Shown here one piece after another: positions 14,259 through 27,091 of a DNA stretch of 64,000 bases. The notes beneath the pieces are model-generated. The model had not been told where the DNA came from, ran no database searches, and worked only from the letters and a program-made list of their open reading frames with translations. The translations under genes and the position numbers were made by a program. The stretch spans positions 102,488,001 through 102,552,000 of the forward strand of contig NC_087437.1 of NCBI RefSeq assembly GCF_036321535.1. The letters are read 5' to 3'. The stretch comes from Camelus dromedarius (lineage: Eukaryota). Each line of letters starts with the position of its first letter. The stretch's first letter is position 1.

Positions 14259-16359
14259 AAAAAGTCTTAAACTCTGCAAATTTAATAGTGAAAATACTAT
14301 TAACACATCTCTTCTTCCAGTTTTTCTCTCTCATGTTAATTTCAAAAAATATCTCAGGGTTTTTATTCATAGGCTATTGGGATATCACTGTTACATCGTG
14401 TAATCAATTGGTTTTTCTACTTGTACATTTCCTACTGTAAAGCTGTGATGACCAAATAATTCCTTATTTATATCAGCGGACCACACATGTTAGTTTACTG
14501 ACATACATCTTTTCTGGATTCCAGCTCTGGTTGAGTATGACTCACTAAGGAGCAAGAGGAACCTATCAATGGAAAACAAAATAAAGGAGAATGAATGCAG
14601 ATATTCAGGAAATTATGCGAAACACAGAGGATTTCCAGGAAAGTCAGAAGAAGAAAGAGGGAGAAAACAGGAAGACATGTGTGTAAGAAAAAAGGCAAAG
14701 AGGAGACCTTCACCAAGAGGAAGGAGGAAAGATGAAATCAGAGAAATTATATTTTTGTAAAATCTTTAGGGCTCTTGACGTTGCTGCTAATAGGTGACCT
14801 CACGTATTCCTTTCAGTCCAATTCCAAGTTGATATCACTCCATTTTAAACAAGTCTTTGATAATGAATAACTTAGTTTCAACTAAATTAACTCAGAGCTT
14901 TTAGTCCAGAAGGGTTTGTGTATCCTCTGCTGATTGTCAATGAGTCTGTACCAGGAACGACTCAAGAGTCAGTTGACAATTTCTTACAATCCCAGGTGCC
15001 ATCAAACTAAAGTTCTGTTATTAACTAAAAAAAAAAAAAAAGAAGAAGAAGAAGAAAAGAAAAGTAGTTTAACTCCAGACAATCTTTTCTTCCCTTCTTA
15101 GTAACAAGAAGTCGGGGCAGAATGCCAGCCTAATGTAAGCCAACTGTGAACTACTGGGAATGTGTCAGAATCTGTCCTTAGCAATCACCATTTCAAAGCT
15201 TAAAAAAGGAGTCTGTTTTTATATTTTAAGTGCAGAAATTCACATATGAAAAGGTGAGTTGGAAGAGGATATTCTTTTTCACAGTATTAAGGGCAATATG
15301 GGGATTTACATTAATCTTTTTTTTTTTTTTATGTAAAACCTGAGCCTTTTGGCCTTTGAATTCTAAATAAGAACTAAAGTTTGGCAGTTTGCATTTTTTA
15401 TGATGGTATCAAAAATGTAACAGCATCTGAGTTACAACACCTAGTGCATTTAATTTAAGTCTATCTCATTACAGATGGATCTAGAAATAGGAGGTAAATC
15501 TAAGTGCTTGTTTGAGTTGGCCTTAAAGAAACTAAAGGAGAACGTCCACAAGTGAAAACCTGAGCATGCAAATGTGTCCAAAAATACCGTTCTCATTTCT
15601 TCTCCTGAACTTCACTCTGAGTGTCAGCTCTAACCAGTATGTTAATTCAATGTAAGAGTAGTCTAATAAGAGTTTTCTCAGTTAACTTAGCTTTCCTTCA
15701 TCCCTTTCTTCCCAGGGTGGATAAAAATTATAGAAAGATGGATGGATGCACGATCAGTGCATTGACAGAGTTGCTGCTGATATTTGGTTAACATATTTCT
15801 TTACGTTCATCCAAAGAGACATATATGGTTCAGACATCATGTCGGCTGGTTCTAACATTGTCTTCTCAATGCATTGCAGTAGCTGAGATGTCCTTGGTCT
15901 GGTTCTTAACTTATGGTCGGCCTTCTATTTGCTACAACAACTTTGCTATCTCAAACTGTGAAGTCTAAGTCCCATTCTTTCTCATCGTTCTCCCTAAGTT
16001 AAAGGTCTTTCAATGCCAGGTAACAGGATACCTGTTGAAAAGTGAGTTAAATAATAGGAGTTGATTTTAAAATATAAGAAGTACAGGAGTAATTTATCCC
16101 ATAATTAATTCATCAGAATGACGACATCAGTGCTACGGGTGACTTTAATTTATTGTTCTGACCCTCTCCTCTTACACACAAGTGGGGTGTTACAGTTCCA
16201 GATATTATCTAATCTTATAATACTGACAACCGAGAGTCATCTACCATAAGGACAGTGATGAGACGCCAAAAATTGTGCTTAATGACTATAACTTACCCTG
16301 GCTTGATCTGTCATACATCACTAAATGTGTATCATTTAACTTATCACTCTAAAATATTA

Positions 16360-16910
16360 AATTAGTTATCAGGGAAATGCAAATTAAAATCACATTGAGA
16401 TAGCTCTTAACCCCTTTGAAAACAGTCTAAATTGGAAATAATGATGTCCCCAAGGGAAATGAAGATGTGTATAAAAGAAAGAAAATCTTACACAGAAAAA
16501 TTTATAGAAAAGAATGCTTTTTCATTATAGTCCAAGCAGGAAACAATCCAAATATTCAGCAAGGATAAGGGATAATGATAAACTGAGTGTGATATAACAA
16601 TACCATGGAACCCTACTGAGTCATCAAAACGGGGAAGGCAAAACTATAGTTGCAACCACATAGGCGACCCTTAGCAACACACTGAGCTTAAGAGGCACAG
16701 TGAAAAGAATACATGCTCCATGTTTTCATCTATGTGAAGTGCAGATGGGATTAAAAAATCCAAGCAACCATTGATTGTAGGATTGTGATGGTGAAGGTTG
16801 ACTGGGAAGGGACATGGGAGATCTCTCCGTCTAAGATGATTGCCTGTATCATTGTACCAGGGTAAGTTTCTCAGGTGTGTGTGAATATAAAAAACTCATC
16901 ACACTGATTT
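16360..16910 (+). mobile_element. Ancient L1ME 3' fragment
   Basis: atcagggaaatgcaaattaaaatcacattgagata...gaaacaatccaaat...gttgactgggaaggg. Confidence 0.75.
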
Positions 16911-16921
16911 CAATTCTCCAT

Positions 16922-17200
16922 TGTCAAACATCATTCCATTCTCTTGAGGCCAGTTCTTGGAATTGTGCTAGAAGTAGATTCAGCACTGCTCAAGATGAAG
17001 AAGTTGATGGCATGTCTACAGTCTGGTCATTAACAGTTAGCATTTTCCCTCTGGTGGCAGTTACAGTATCTGTAAAACAGCTCAGGAATGTGCATCAGAC
17101 ACTGAGTCTGTGACTCCATTGTCCTCATCATTAACTGTTTGGTTTTGTATTTGGTGGGGAGGTGGGGGCTGCAGGGTTCTGCTTGGTTCCAGTCAGAGCT
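16922..17200 (-). mobile_element. ERV1-type LTR fragment
   Basis: cagtatctgtaaaacagctcagg motif typical of antisense MER4-group LTRs; GC-richer block. Confidence 0.4.
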
Positions 17201-17641
17201 AACAAAAGCTGTCATAAAGTTTGCTCCTAAATATGTTGATAATTTATTTTATTATTTGAATTTCATTGTCTGTAAATAAAATCTGATTCATTGAACATTT
17301 TGCCTTATTGCATGTAACAGGTCTGAATATGTAAATAGGATAGGAAAGCAGCTGAGAGAACCCTGTGATTATGTCCAAAGAAGTATAAGAATATAACTTG
17401 AAAATTATTTATTTATTTTAATACCAGAATTTTCTGTATATTAATCTGTATCTTATTACAATTACTTTAAGTATCAAATTTTTAAATGAGAATTAACTCC
17501 AAAACATAATCAAATGAAGGATTACATTAGAATCATCTACAGAAACATGTATATGTATAATATATATATACACATAATCAACAAAAGGTATCCATGTTTG
17601 ACTGACATAATATTATGAAACTACTTCAAAAAATAGAAAAG

Positions 17642-17642
<1 letters not shown>

Positions 17643-17698
<56 letters not shown>
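17643..17698. repeat. (TAT)n trinucleotide microsatellite
   Basis: Uninterrupted run of ~18 units. Confidence 0.97.
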
Positions 17699-17699
<1 letters not shown>

Positions 17700-18845
17700 T
17701 AAATTGAATTTTTGGAGTCCTCTACCTGTATAGGGTATATTCTTTCTCATTATGACAACCTGCCTTTTAATTTAACGACTAGGCATAGATTTACTGAAAA
17801 GTGCACATTCCTTCTACAAAAATCACTCTGTTTAAAGTCTCCGTATCATCCACTGTCATCAAATTATTTCCCTCCCCTCCCCTCAGTACTTCATTTTTCT
17901 CTATTTCTCTTTCAGCTGCAAACAATTCATCTGTATAAAGATTAAAGGTAGAAACATGATGTAGGATTATAGAAGGAAACATAAAAAAACTTCAACGATG
18001 GCAAAAATCACAGTGCTTAATGAATGTACTTTATTACTTTATCAAATATGTGATATTTCAATTTTACCTTCTCATTTTAGGAGAGTTAAAACAAGCATGT
18101 TCTCAGACTATCAAACAATATTTAATCCAAAAAAATTTGTCCTTGATTAATTAATCACTTTCCTTTAAACAAGCATAACATTTATTTTACCCATTTGTAG
18201 AAGTAAAGTTATCTGTTGTCTAACTGGTATGATAAAAGAATCATTCATATTCTTTGAAATTCTTCCACCAAGAGAATTCCTGTGTGATAGGTAATGTTTT
18301 TAAAAGACCTTCAATACAGAATGCATTACACTGTATTCAACCCAGCTGTTAACTTGCATCGTTTTCCAACTAAATTACAAACTTCCTAAATCCAGGGACC
18401 TAAAATCAGGGACCATTCCTAAAATACAATCTTTCATTATTCATTTCTGTATCATTATTATCTATTTTAGTACCTGGGATATAGTTAATAGTCAATAAAT
18501 ATTTTTAGTTAAGAAATATTCTTTACCCAAACTATCTTCTAACCACCCAAATTCAATTTCTTTTTTAACTTTGGTCACCTTAGCTTAAATATTATCAATT
18601 ATGTTTTAAGAAAACAAGTTTCCCTATTATTAACATAAATAATCTGGGAGTTGAAAGACTGACAGTTTTGTACCGTTTAGTATGCTTACCTATTTTCCTT
18701 CTAATATCTTGAATTAAATAGAAGGATGTGGGCATCTTAATGAAATGTATGGCGACGTAAAAAAGTGAACTTTTCAAACATGTGAACTCAAGCAAGGAGT
18801 GGATTTTGTAGGGCTATTTTACTAAGTCAAAAAGAAATTTGAAGT

Positions 18846-18986
18846 GGGGAAGGGTATAGCTCAGTGGTAGCGCTCTTGCTTAGCATGCCTGAGGTCCTGG
18901 GTTCAATCCCCAGTACCTCCATTTAAATAAACTAACAAACAAACCTAATTAACTACCTCCTCCAGAAAAAAACAAAAATGTTTAAG
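18846..18986 (+). mobile_element. vic-1-type tRNA-Ala-derived SINE (camelid)
   Basis: A box tagctcagtgg, B box ggttcaatcc, A-rich tail with aaacctaatt; 15-bp TSD aaaagaaatttgaag (18830-18844 / 18987-19001). Confidence 0.92.
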
Positions 18987-19353
18987 AAAAGAAATTTGAA
19001 GACACAAAGTAACAGGGCAAAACCTAAGAAGTCTGCAAAGGAAAAATAGGAGACCAGTGAAAATGAGCATCCACTATTTGACATTTTTGCCTGGAATTAT
19101 GTCGTTGTCCCTCACTCCTTTCTGCCTCTTCTACCTCCTAACTCACTTTTACTACCGTATGTAGATTGTCCTCCTATATTCATTTTTAATTTTTTCCAGT
19201 GAAGCCCCATCCAAATTCTAGCTGCTATAATGCACGTCAATGTTCTAAAGAAAGTAAATAAATATAAATTCTCACAAGGGTTGTTAAAAGTATGTTTGTT
19301 TCTATACCACATTTTAAAATGTAGTGTTATATTACTTCTAGGGCTTCCCTGAA

Positions 19354-19488
19354 GTAGTGTTTTTCAAATCTGGCTGCTTATTTCTATAACCAAGGGAGAT
19401 TTTAAAATGCACTGATATCTACACATCAGTATATTTTTTTAAAACACTCCTAGTAATTCAAATACACAGCTCTGGCTGAGAGCTACTG
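19354..19488. mobile_element. MER5-like hAT-Charlie MITE
   Basis: Termini tagtgtttttcaaa...ctgagagctactg resemble MER5 terminal inverted repeats. Confidence 0.6.
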
Positions 19489-21069
19489 CCAAGAATTGAC
19501 TAAAACAATTGATTCGTTTAGAGGGCCTTTCATATATAACTCATAACATCTTTAAAATGAGGCAAGAAAATGATTTGTTAGAATGGTTTCCATATATGAA
19601 CTGGGATAAAAGCATTTACGATGTTTACTTGAAAAGAAGAATGAAATATCAATTTCTAAAACAAAGATTTCAGGGAATTTCCTTCCTATTTTTTTTAAAA
19701 AAAATCTTTTTAAAATCAAAGATACTCCATTTGTCCTCTTCTCTCTCTATTCCCCCTCCCCAAATAGCACGGAAGGTACAAGGCAGCAATCTATTTTTAC
19801 TTTAATATTTGTGGAATTCTGAGAAACATAACCTATAAGAAAAGTGGTACTTAATGTTGCAAAGCATTCTTGTAAAAATGCAATATTTATATTTGAACGA
19901 CTTTAATGTGGAAAAGAACTTTTATTTTTAAATGCCTTAAAAGGGAAATTTGATAAATTCAAGTTCTGAAAAACAGAAATTGAAAAGAAAAGTGATCATA
20001 AGAAATGCATGTGATACAGAAACACTTTTTAATACCTTTTTTTCTTTTTCTTAACACAGATTTTCCCTGGGTGAAGGTTCTACTTTCCCCAGGGCTAAAA
20101 TGACTTGACATCACAATTTGGCCTGGAAAGCTGAAGTTTTTACATCCTATACTTTAGGAAATGTCCAGGTCAGAGCAACTTACTCCAGAAATAAGGACTG
20201 TATGTATCTTTTTGGTGAGATAACTAAGATGACCTCATTTTGTGCTATTTCACAGTGTGATTCATGATTCCTTGTACTTTGCCACAAAATGTTTAATTTC
20301 CCTTCTAGGGCGCATTCAGTCCCAAAAGTTTGATTTTATTTTCTGTGATGGAATCCTGGATTCCAGAAGAATTCAGAATTTAAAGACACTTCTTTATTCT
20401 ATCCTTATATCAAGCCACATGCTTAACTCAGAAGATAGATATTTAAGACAAATAGATTCACGTAATCTGCTAGTTACTGTTTCAGGAAGCCTGTTTTCCC
20501 TGACAAGAACCTTTACTCTCAATTCCTTCTGATACGTGGAAGTGAAGGACTAGGCCTTATTTAATTGATTTGCTAAGACCTCCACATTTTGGTGAATTAA
20601 CCGGGCACCCTGAGAAATAGATAAGGAGTGACTTTGGGGGAACAGTGTTACATACAAAGATTAAAGGTCCTTATCCATCACTAGAGATGGTTATACATGT
20701 GTGCTAAATGAGTTTAAGCTTGGTGGTTTATGGTTGGTATCTACTGGCTACCTTTTTTTTGAATGATTGATTGACTGGTTTTAATAGCTGAGCAAACATC
20801 TAAGCGACCAAGGACCAGCTGCTTTGGCAAGAATTTGTGAATCTGATTCTGACTATCCCTAATCAAGTTCTACTGAAGTGGGGATTCAATGATGAGGAAG
20901 AGAGAATCTTTATGTATCTAAGCCCCTTGGATATCTACGGACTTGGTTTCTCAGTGAACAGTGCAATAAGCCATGTTCCATTTGGAGTTTCCTACAGTTT
21001 TGGCACGTGCTGTCAGACAAGCAGCCCCAAACTTACTTAATCGCTATTTTTTTTGACTGTTTACAAGAC

Positions 21070-21511
21070 TGTATGGTCAGGCCACTCACAATGGCTGTTC
21101 TCTTGCTCCCCGTACATCCCCTGCTAGACCAGTGCCTGCTTCACCTCCACCCTACTCACTATCCTTCCTACATTCTCGCCTCAGGCCCTAGCTAAGGATT
21201 GTTCTTATCAAAGGGGACGGTTAGGGGCGTGCCCCTCTGCTGGTTTCCCAGGTAACCAGGGAGCTAACCTGATGTCAGTTTCCCCTGTAACTGCTAACCT
21301 CCCCATGTCCCTGGGAGCTAAGACTGCTGCACTATCTTGCTGGTCATCCACTGCACAGGGTTGGGCGGCACTCCAGGACCACGCTTCAGACATGTAAACT
21401 CCCCTTATCTATTAAACCACTGATGTCTGTGTCACTGACTCCAAGCTCTTTCTTTGGTCTTGAAGCTGGGCGAGTACAAGCCTTGTAGGCATGTGGGGTG
21501 CAGCCCAACTA
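21070..21511 (+). mobile_element. Solo LTR (ERVL, MER74-like group)
   Basis: TGTATGG start, attaaa poly(A) signal near 21411, end gcagcccaac; GC-rich block. Confidence 0.75.
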
Positions 21512-21987
21512 GGAACAAAGGAAGGAACTGTGAATAAACTAACCTCTTGGATCCATGTGGCTTTTTTCATAGGCAACAAATGTTTCAGCACTCACGTGAT
21601 CTGTAATTTACCAGCTGTATAAGCTCTGGATATGACTTTAGGTGGCAGACATTAAAACTCTTTTCACCCACAGAAAGAAAAAGTAGTACATTTTGTGAAC
21701 AGGAGAAAAAAATGTAAGCAATGGAGTCCATCTGGAATATGTGATATTATTTGGTGGAAATAGAAAAACAACTTGTGGAAATTATTTCAAAGTAAAGACT
21801 TGAAAGGAAAATTTTAAGACATGTCTAAAATAATCTTGAAATCAATTTTGTACCAGAAATCAAGAAAGAATTGGGGTCATTTGAATTTAAAATGTCATTA
21901 TAGTATTGGAATGGAAAGGAAGAGAGAATAAAATACAAATAAAATTCAGTTTTACACTTATTCATCTGTGTTAAATTTAAAAATCTC

Positions 21988-22093
21988 GAGGGAGGGTAAT
22001 AGCTCAGTGGTAGAGTGCCTGCTTAGCATGCATGAGGTCCTGGGTTCAACCCCCACTACTTCCATTAAAAAAAAATTAAAATTAAAGAAAAAC
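21988..22093 (+). mobile_element. vic-1-type SINE (short form)
   Basis: tRNA-Ala-like head tagctcagtggtagagtgcctgcttagcatgc...ggttcaacc, A tail; flanking repeat tttaaaaatct (21976-21986 / 22094-22104). Confidence 0.9.
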
Positions 22094-22211
22094 TTTAAAA
22101 ATCTGAGAACACAACTATTGGAGTGGCTGTGGGTAAAAATGTTTTCTTGATATTAAATGTATAAACTACTTTGGAAAAAAAAAAAACAACTGGCATTTAT
22201 ATTGTTAGGTT

Positions 22212-22703
22212 TGTTACTCCCGAAAAAGGAAAAGACCTCAGTTTTTGTCATACTCTAAAGATAAGTTTACAGTCGGGAGATGGTATATTGTGTAGAGAAG
22301 GATTTTAAAAGATTTATTTAGAAAAGGAGAAATACACCTCCAAGAACAGGAGGTGGGCTGATCCACGGGGGAAACGCAGTGGTCTCTGTCTGCCCTTTCT
22401 CTTACACCTGCTTACAGGTGATTTCCTGTTGGATTGACGGCTCTAGTCCCCGGAATGCTTAGTCATGTTTGGCCCCTTTGCGCATGTCCTTACTTATGGT
22501 GTACACAGAAAAACCCATGGCGCGGCCTAAACTGCAATGTTAATTATAATAGAATGAACGTTGGCTCATGTTACCTCAAAGTTGTGGCTATTGGATTTTA
22601 ACCAGTTTCTTACTCATTTAGAAGAAGTAAAACTCCCTTATGCTGGAGGAGGGCACCGCACCATCTTCTGGACCGTCTTCCATCTCCTCCACTTATCCCC
22701 CCA
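22212..22703 (-). mobile_element. ERV LTR related to 2116-2671, nested in an old L1ME fragment
   Basis: TGTTA start, minus-strand AATAAA (tttatt) near 22313, shared blocks with the 2.1 kb LTR. L1ME-like sequence on both sides (~22105-23180). Confidence 0.75.
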
Positions 22704-23999
22704 GTGTTATGTACTCAAGAACAGCTTCAATATCTGTGTGCCTGAGGCATCTAAAGAGTCAGATCACTGAATAATATTGTGTTTGAATAACATACTGGAG
22801 CCAACCCAGACACTGATCCAGTGGGTAACTGTAATGTAGAAAATGTACACAGTTAGTTACACAGCTGTGAAAATGAAGGAACCACCTAAATGAATATTAG
22901 TAACAAATATTGGGTCAAGAAAGCAAGTCCCAGAAGGCTATTAATAGGAGACAATTTTATATAACATTTAAATGTAAGTAAAATACTATATTTTACATAT
23001 GTATAGATAGACAAAAAAAATAAAGCAGGGTGTGGTAAGCCTCAAATTCAAAGTAGGAATTACTTTTAAGAGCGATAGGAGTGGAACCAGCAGATAAACA
23101 AGCATTACTGATGTTAATTCATCCTCATCTTTGGCAATGGATTTGTGGCTGTTCATCCTACTATAAAAATAAATATTTTAAGAAAATAATTAATAATAAT
23201 AAATGTACATGTCTGTACCAATGAAGTTAGTGTGTAACAAATCAGGGATTTTGATCAAGCCAATTGTTTGCACTTGAGTTCCAAAAGACAAGGGGGAGGG
23301 GCAAACACAAAAGAAATAGAAAAAAAGAAAAAAGGAAAAAGAGTTTAAATTAACCAGGCAGAAGTTTGAAGATTAAATAATATGTGAGCAGTGTTGCAGA
23401 TGGAAAGAACAATATTTGATTAGGAAATGATGGAAAACACATAACACAGTTTCTGTGTATCAGATACCGTGCTACATTCGTATATGCGTATTAACTTACA
23501 TGCATTACAACTCCCTCCTCCCCCATTTTACTGGAGGAAACCTGAGCATAGAAAGTTCACATGACTAGGAAGTGGGAGAGTTTGTGCACTTCACCAGTCA
23601 CAAGACAACAGCTGCTGGATGGTGTTATGGAAAAATAAAAATCTTAGCAGACAAAGATAAAATAGAAGGAAAGAATATTCACATCCAGTACGGTGTGTCA
23701 GCCTTTCATAAAGAGACAACTGAGAAGCAATTCAGAATCTAGGTTCTTAATCAAACCCTCCTGAAATGATTAGAAGAGGAATAGAAGAGAAAAAAAAAAA
23801 TCAGAGCATAGCCCTTAACTTCAGATAGGCATTGCTGTCGTAGGAGAATATACATTCAGTGCATCCAAAATCCATGGGTGACCAGGCTTTAGGGAAGGAC
23901 ACGTGCAAAGATACTGATGCTCCCTCTCCAGGCTCGCAGGGGCTCTGCCTCCAGAAGTCACAGTTCAGGAACCTGCAGAAGCAGATTCTTCAGCCTTGT

Positions 24000-24170
24000 T
24001 TAATTTCCATTTTCTCATATTTCCTTCTGATACTGATTTCTCATTTGATTTCATCTTGGTTGAAGAATATACTTTGTATGATTTCTTAAATTTATGAGGA
24101 CTTATTTTACAGTTTAGTATATGGTCTACCCTAGAGAATGTTCCACATGCACCGGGGAAATAAATGTGTT
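24000..24170 (-). mobile_element. L1 ORF2 endonuclease-region fragment
   Basis: ggtctaccctagagaatgttccacatgcac parallels 33594-33623 of the large L1. Confidence 0.75.
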
Positions 24171-25154
24171 GACACAGGTAGGTTTCTTAAGGTTAGAGAT
24201 TTCATGCTAAAAGGCAGAAACAAAGCCCAAAATACTTACTCCCAAAAGATGTGGGGAAGGGGATACTGTGTCACTCAACAAGGGCTAGGAGGACAGGACT
24301 CCAGGGGGAAGGACAAGTTAGAAGGGTTTGGATTTGCTACAGATTTGATGACTTTTCCAGAAGGCACAAGTGTAGCATACGCCTCTCTCTGAAAGATGTC
24401 CCTCCTTCCCATGGTAATTGGATGATGCCGTAATGAACTGTTTGATGTGCAAGGCCTTTAGATAAAAAGCAAGCACAAAGGTAGAGATGACTGAACAACC
24501 GACCCAGGAGGGCTGGCATGCTGGGGTGAGGGGGGTGCTACATTTATCACCACCTTATGGAACACTGAGCCTTTGCTTTCATCTTTGGCACCAAAAATGA
24601 AGGTCAGGATTCAGCAATGAGTTTGGTGAGCTTCAGTTTTTTTGGGAAATCAACTGTTGTAGCAGAGTTTGCTGGTACTTTTTAAATTCAGTAAAATTTA
24701 AGTGCAGGGTATCTGAGAGTACTAAAGCCAGCTTAATTCACGCTTTTTCAAGGGCCTTTTGGGGGCAAACACTAATCTGCCTACCAATGGGAGATTAACC
24801 CATCCTGATAGGTTAAGGGCTTGTTGGTTAAACCCAATGCATTAAAAGAGAAAAACCTTGGGGATTATAAGAAGCATTTCCATTTCCATGTCATCAGTTT
24901 TCATGTGGTGGGATTCCCATGAGTAATATTGATGACATCTCTCCTCACTCCCTATTTACTTTTCTCTCTGAAGGGTGAAGGATAACCTCCTTGGCTCTAC
25001 TTCCACTAGTATCAGAAGCTGAGAGTATGATAACTTTAACTAAAGCAGTACCTAACTTTACTATACCTAAAGCAGGAGTGCTGTAAATCATAATGACATT
25101 CAAAACTTTAGCTTCTAAATTAATATTTTAATATCTTTTTTTGATCTCCACAAT

Positions 25155-25765
25155 ATTTAAATTACCATCAGTGCCACTTCTGGGTATACAACTAACAGAA
25201 TGGAAAACTAGATATTTGTACAACCATGTTCATTGCAGGATTATTTACAGCAGCCAAAATGTGGAGGAAACCTGGGTATCCATGATTGGATAAATGCATA
25301 AACAAAACAAAATTTGTTTATGTGTGTTTGTATATGTGTGTGTGTATACATGTATATATATAGACACATGTGTGTGTGTATAGGTTATTATTTAGCCTTT
25401 AAAAGGATGGAAATTTTGACCTATGCTAAAACATAGATGAATCTAAAACATCATGGTAAGTGAAATAAGCAAGTCACAAAAGGACAAATACTATAATGAA
25501 TCCACTCATATCAGGTACTTAGACTTGTCAAATTCATAGAAATAAAAGTAAAATGGAGGTTTCTTGGAGCTGAGAGAAGCTGGGAATAGAGTTATCATTT
25601 AAAGGATACATAGCTTCCATCTGGGAAGATGACAAAAGGTCTCGAAGTGGACGGTGGTGATGGTAGCACAAAAATGTGAATGTCGTTTAATACCACTGAA
25701 CTGTACACTTAAAAATGGCTAAAATGGAAAATTTGATGTTATGTATATTTTACCACAAAAATTAA
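25155..25765 (+). mobile_element. L1MB-like 3' end
   Basis: ccacttctgggtata...atgttcattgcag...aagtgaaataagcaagtcacaaaaggacaaatact...ctgaactgtacacttaaaaatgg. Confidence 0.9.
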
Positions 25766-26152
25766 TCAAGTAACTCATTTTTAAACCTTATTGGATGAAG
25801 CAATAAATGGATGTTCTGATATATTACTATGTGAAGGCTCTGAAATCATCAGTTTGGAGCTTTTGTTGCAAACATTGTAAGTTCATCCTATGTAGTCATT
25901 TCCTTCTGAGAACTTTCTCCCAAAAAAGCCTTTTGAGGGGTAAGTCCTTTGTGAGGCTGGGATTTCATTGTCTTTTGTTTTTAACATGGAAAAAAAAAAA
26001 AAAAAGCAGCACTACCATGTAACTTGTTTACTTCTAAAAGGTAAGTAACCAACATATTCCAGTAATTCTGCAAAGTTAATTTTTTAAAGCACCTTCCAGT
26101 AAAAGTTTAAATGATTCACACTTAAATACAAAGGTAAGAAATAAGCTCTATG

Positions 26153-26657
26153 TGGTATATTTATACAATGAATAGTACTCAGCCATAAAAAATAATAAAA
26201 TAATGCCATTTTCAGCAACATGGATGGACTTGAAGATTGTCATTCTAAGTGAAGTAAGCCAGAAAGAGAAAGAAAAATACCATCCACATGGTATCACTTA
26301 TATGTAGAATCTGAAAAAAAAAAAAGACCAGAGAACTTATTTACAAAACAGAAACAGACTCAAGAACATAGAAAACAAACTTACAGTTACCAGGGGGGAA
26401 GGTGGGTGGGAAGGAATAAATTGGGAGTTCGAGATTTGCAGATACTAACTAGTATATATAAAATAGATAAACAACAAGTTCATACTGTACAGCACAGGGA
26501 ACTATATTCAATATCTTGTAGTAACTTATGGTGAAAAAGAATATGAAAACAAATATGTGTATGTTCATGTATGACTGAAGCATTATGCTGTACACCAGAA
26601 ATTGGCACAGCATTGTAAACTGACTATATTTCAATAAAATTTTTTAAATAAATAAAT
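26153..26657 (+). mobile_element. Young 5'-truncated L1 3' end with perfect TSD
   Basis: End of ORF2 plus 3' UTR, aataaa and (aaat)n tail; 14-bp TSD aaataagctctatg (26139-26152 / 26658-26671). Confidence 0.95.
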
Positions 26658-27056
26658 AAATAAGCTCTATGGAATTTTTCTCATGTTTTACCCCTCATAC
26701 AAGTTTTACTTCAAAACACACATATATTTCTCTTACCAGCATTGGATTTCAACCATAATGAAACCGATACAGCCAGACATAACTCTAAGTAGAATTTTTC
26801 AAAACAAATCCACAGGTTAGTATTTACTAAAAGATTAGTTTGACGTGAACAAAATAAAACTAAGACTTTATCAACTCAATCATAAATAAGAGTAGTAAAT
26901 GAGATTTAGTTTATTTTTTTTTTAACCTCATGAAAGTTTTGAATTAAACAGGGGAGATGTTTGACAATACATTAAATATGATACACTCCAAAACTACATT
27001 TTAACTTTATAAACATTATTTCTGTGGCTGTATGTATTTATGTATGAGTTTATGCA

Positions 27057-27091
27057 TGTGTGTATGTTTGTGTGTGTGTGTGTGTGTGTGT
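27057..27091. repeat. (TG)n microsatellite
   Basis: Directly visible. Confidence 0.9.

Noticed and set aside
18846..18921. tRNA-Ala(AGC) gene (also at 21988 and 46667)
   Set aside because: The copies have A-rich tails, TSDs and stem mismatches, so they are SINE copies rather than tRNA genes.
2116..22703. The two related LTRs as the ends of a single provirus
   Set aside because: They are too diverged, have no shared TSD, and are separated by 20 kb of older repeats with no gag/pol sequence.
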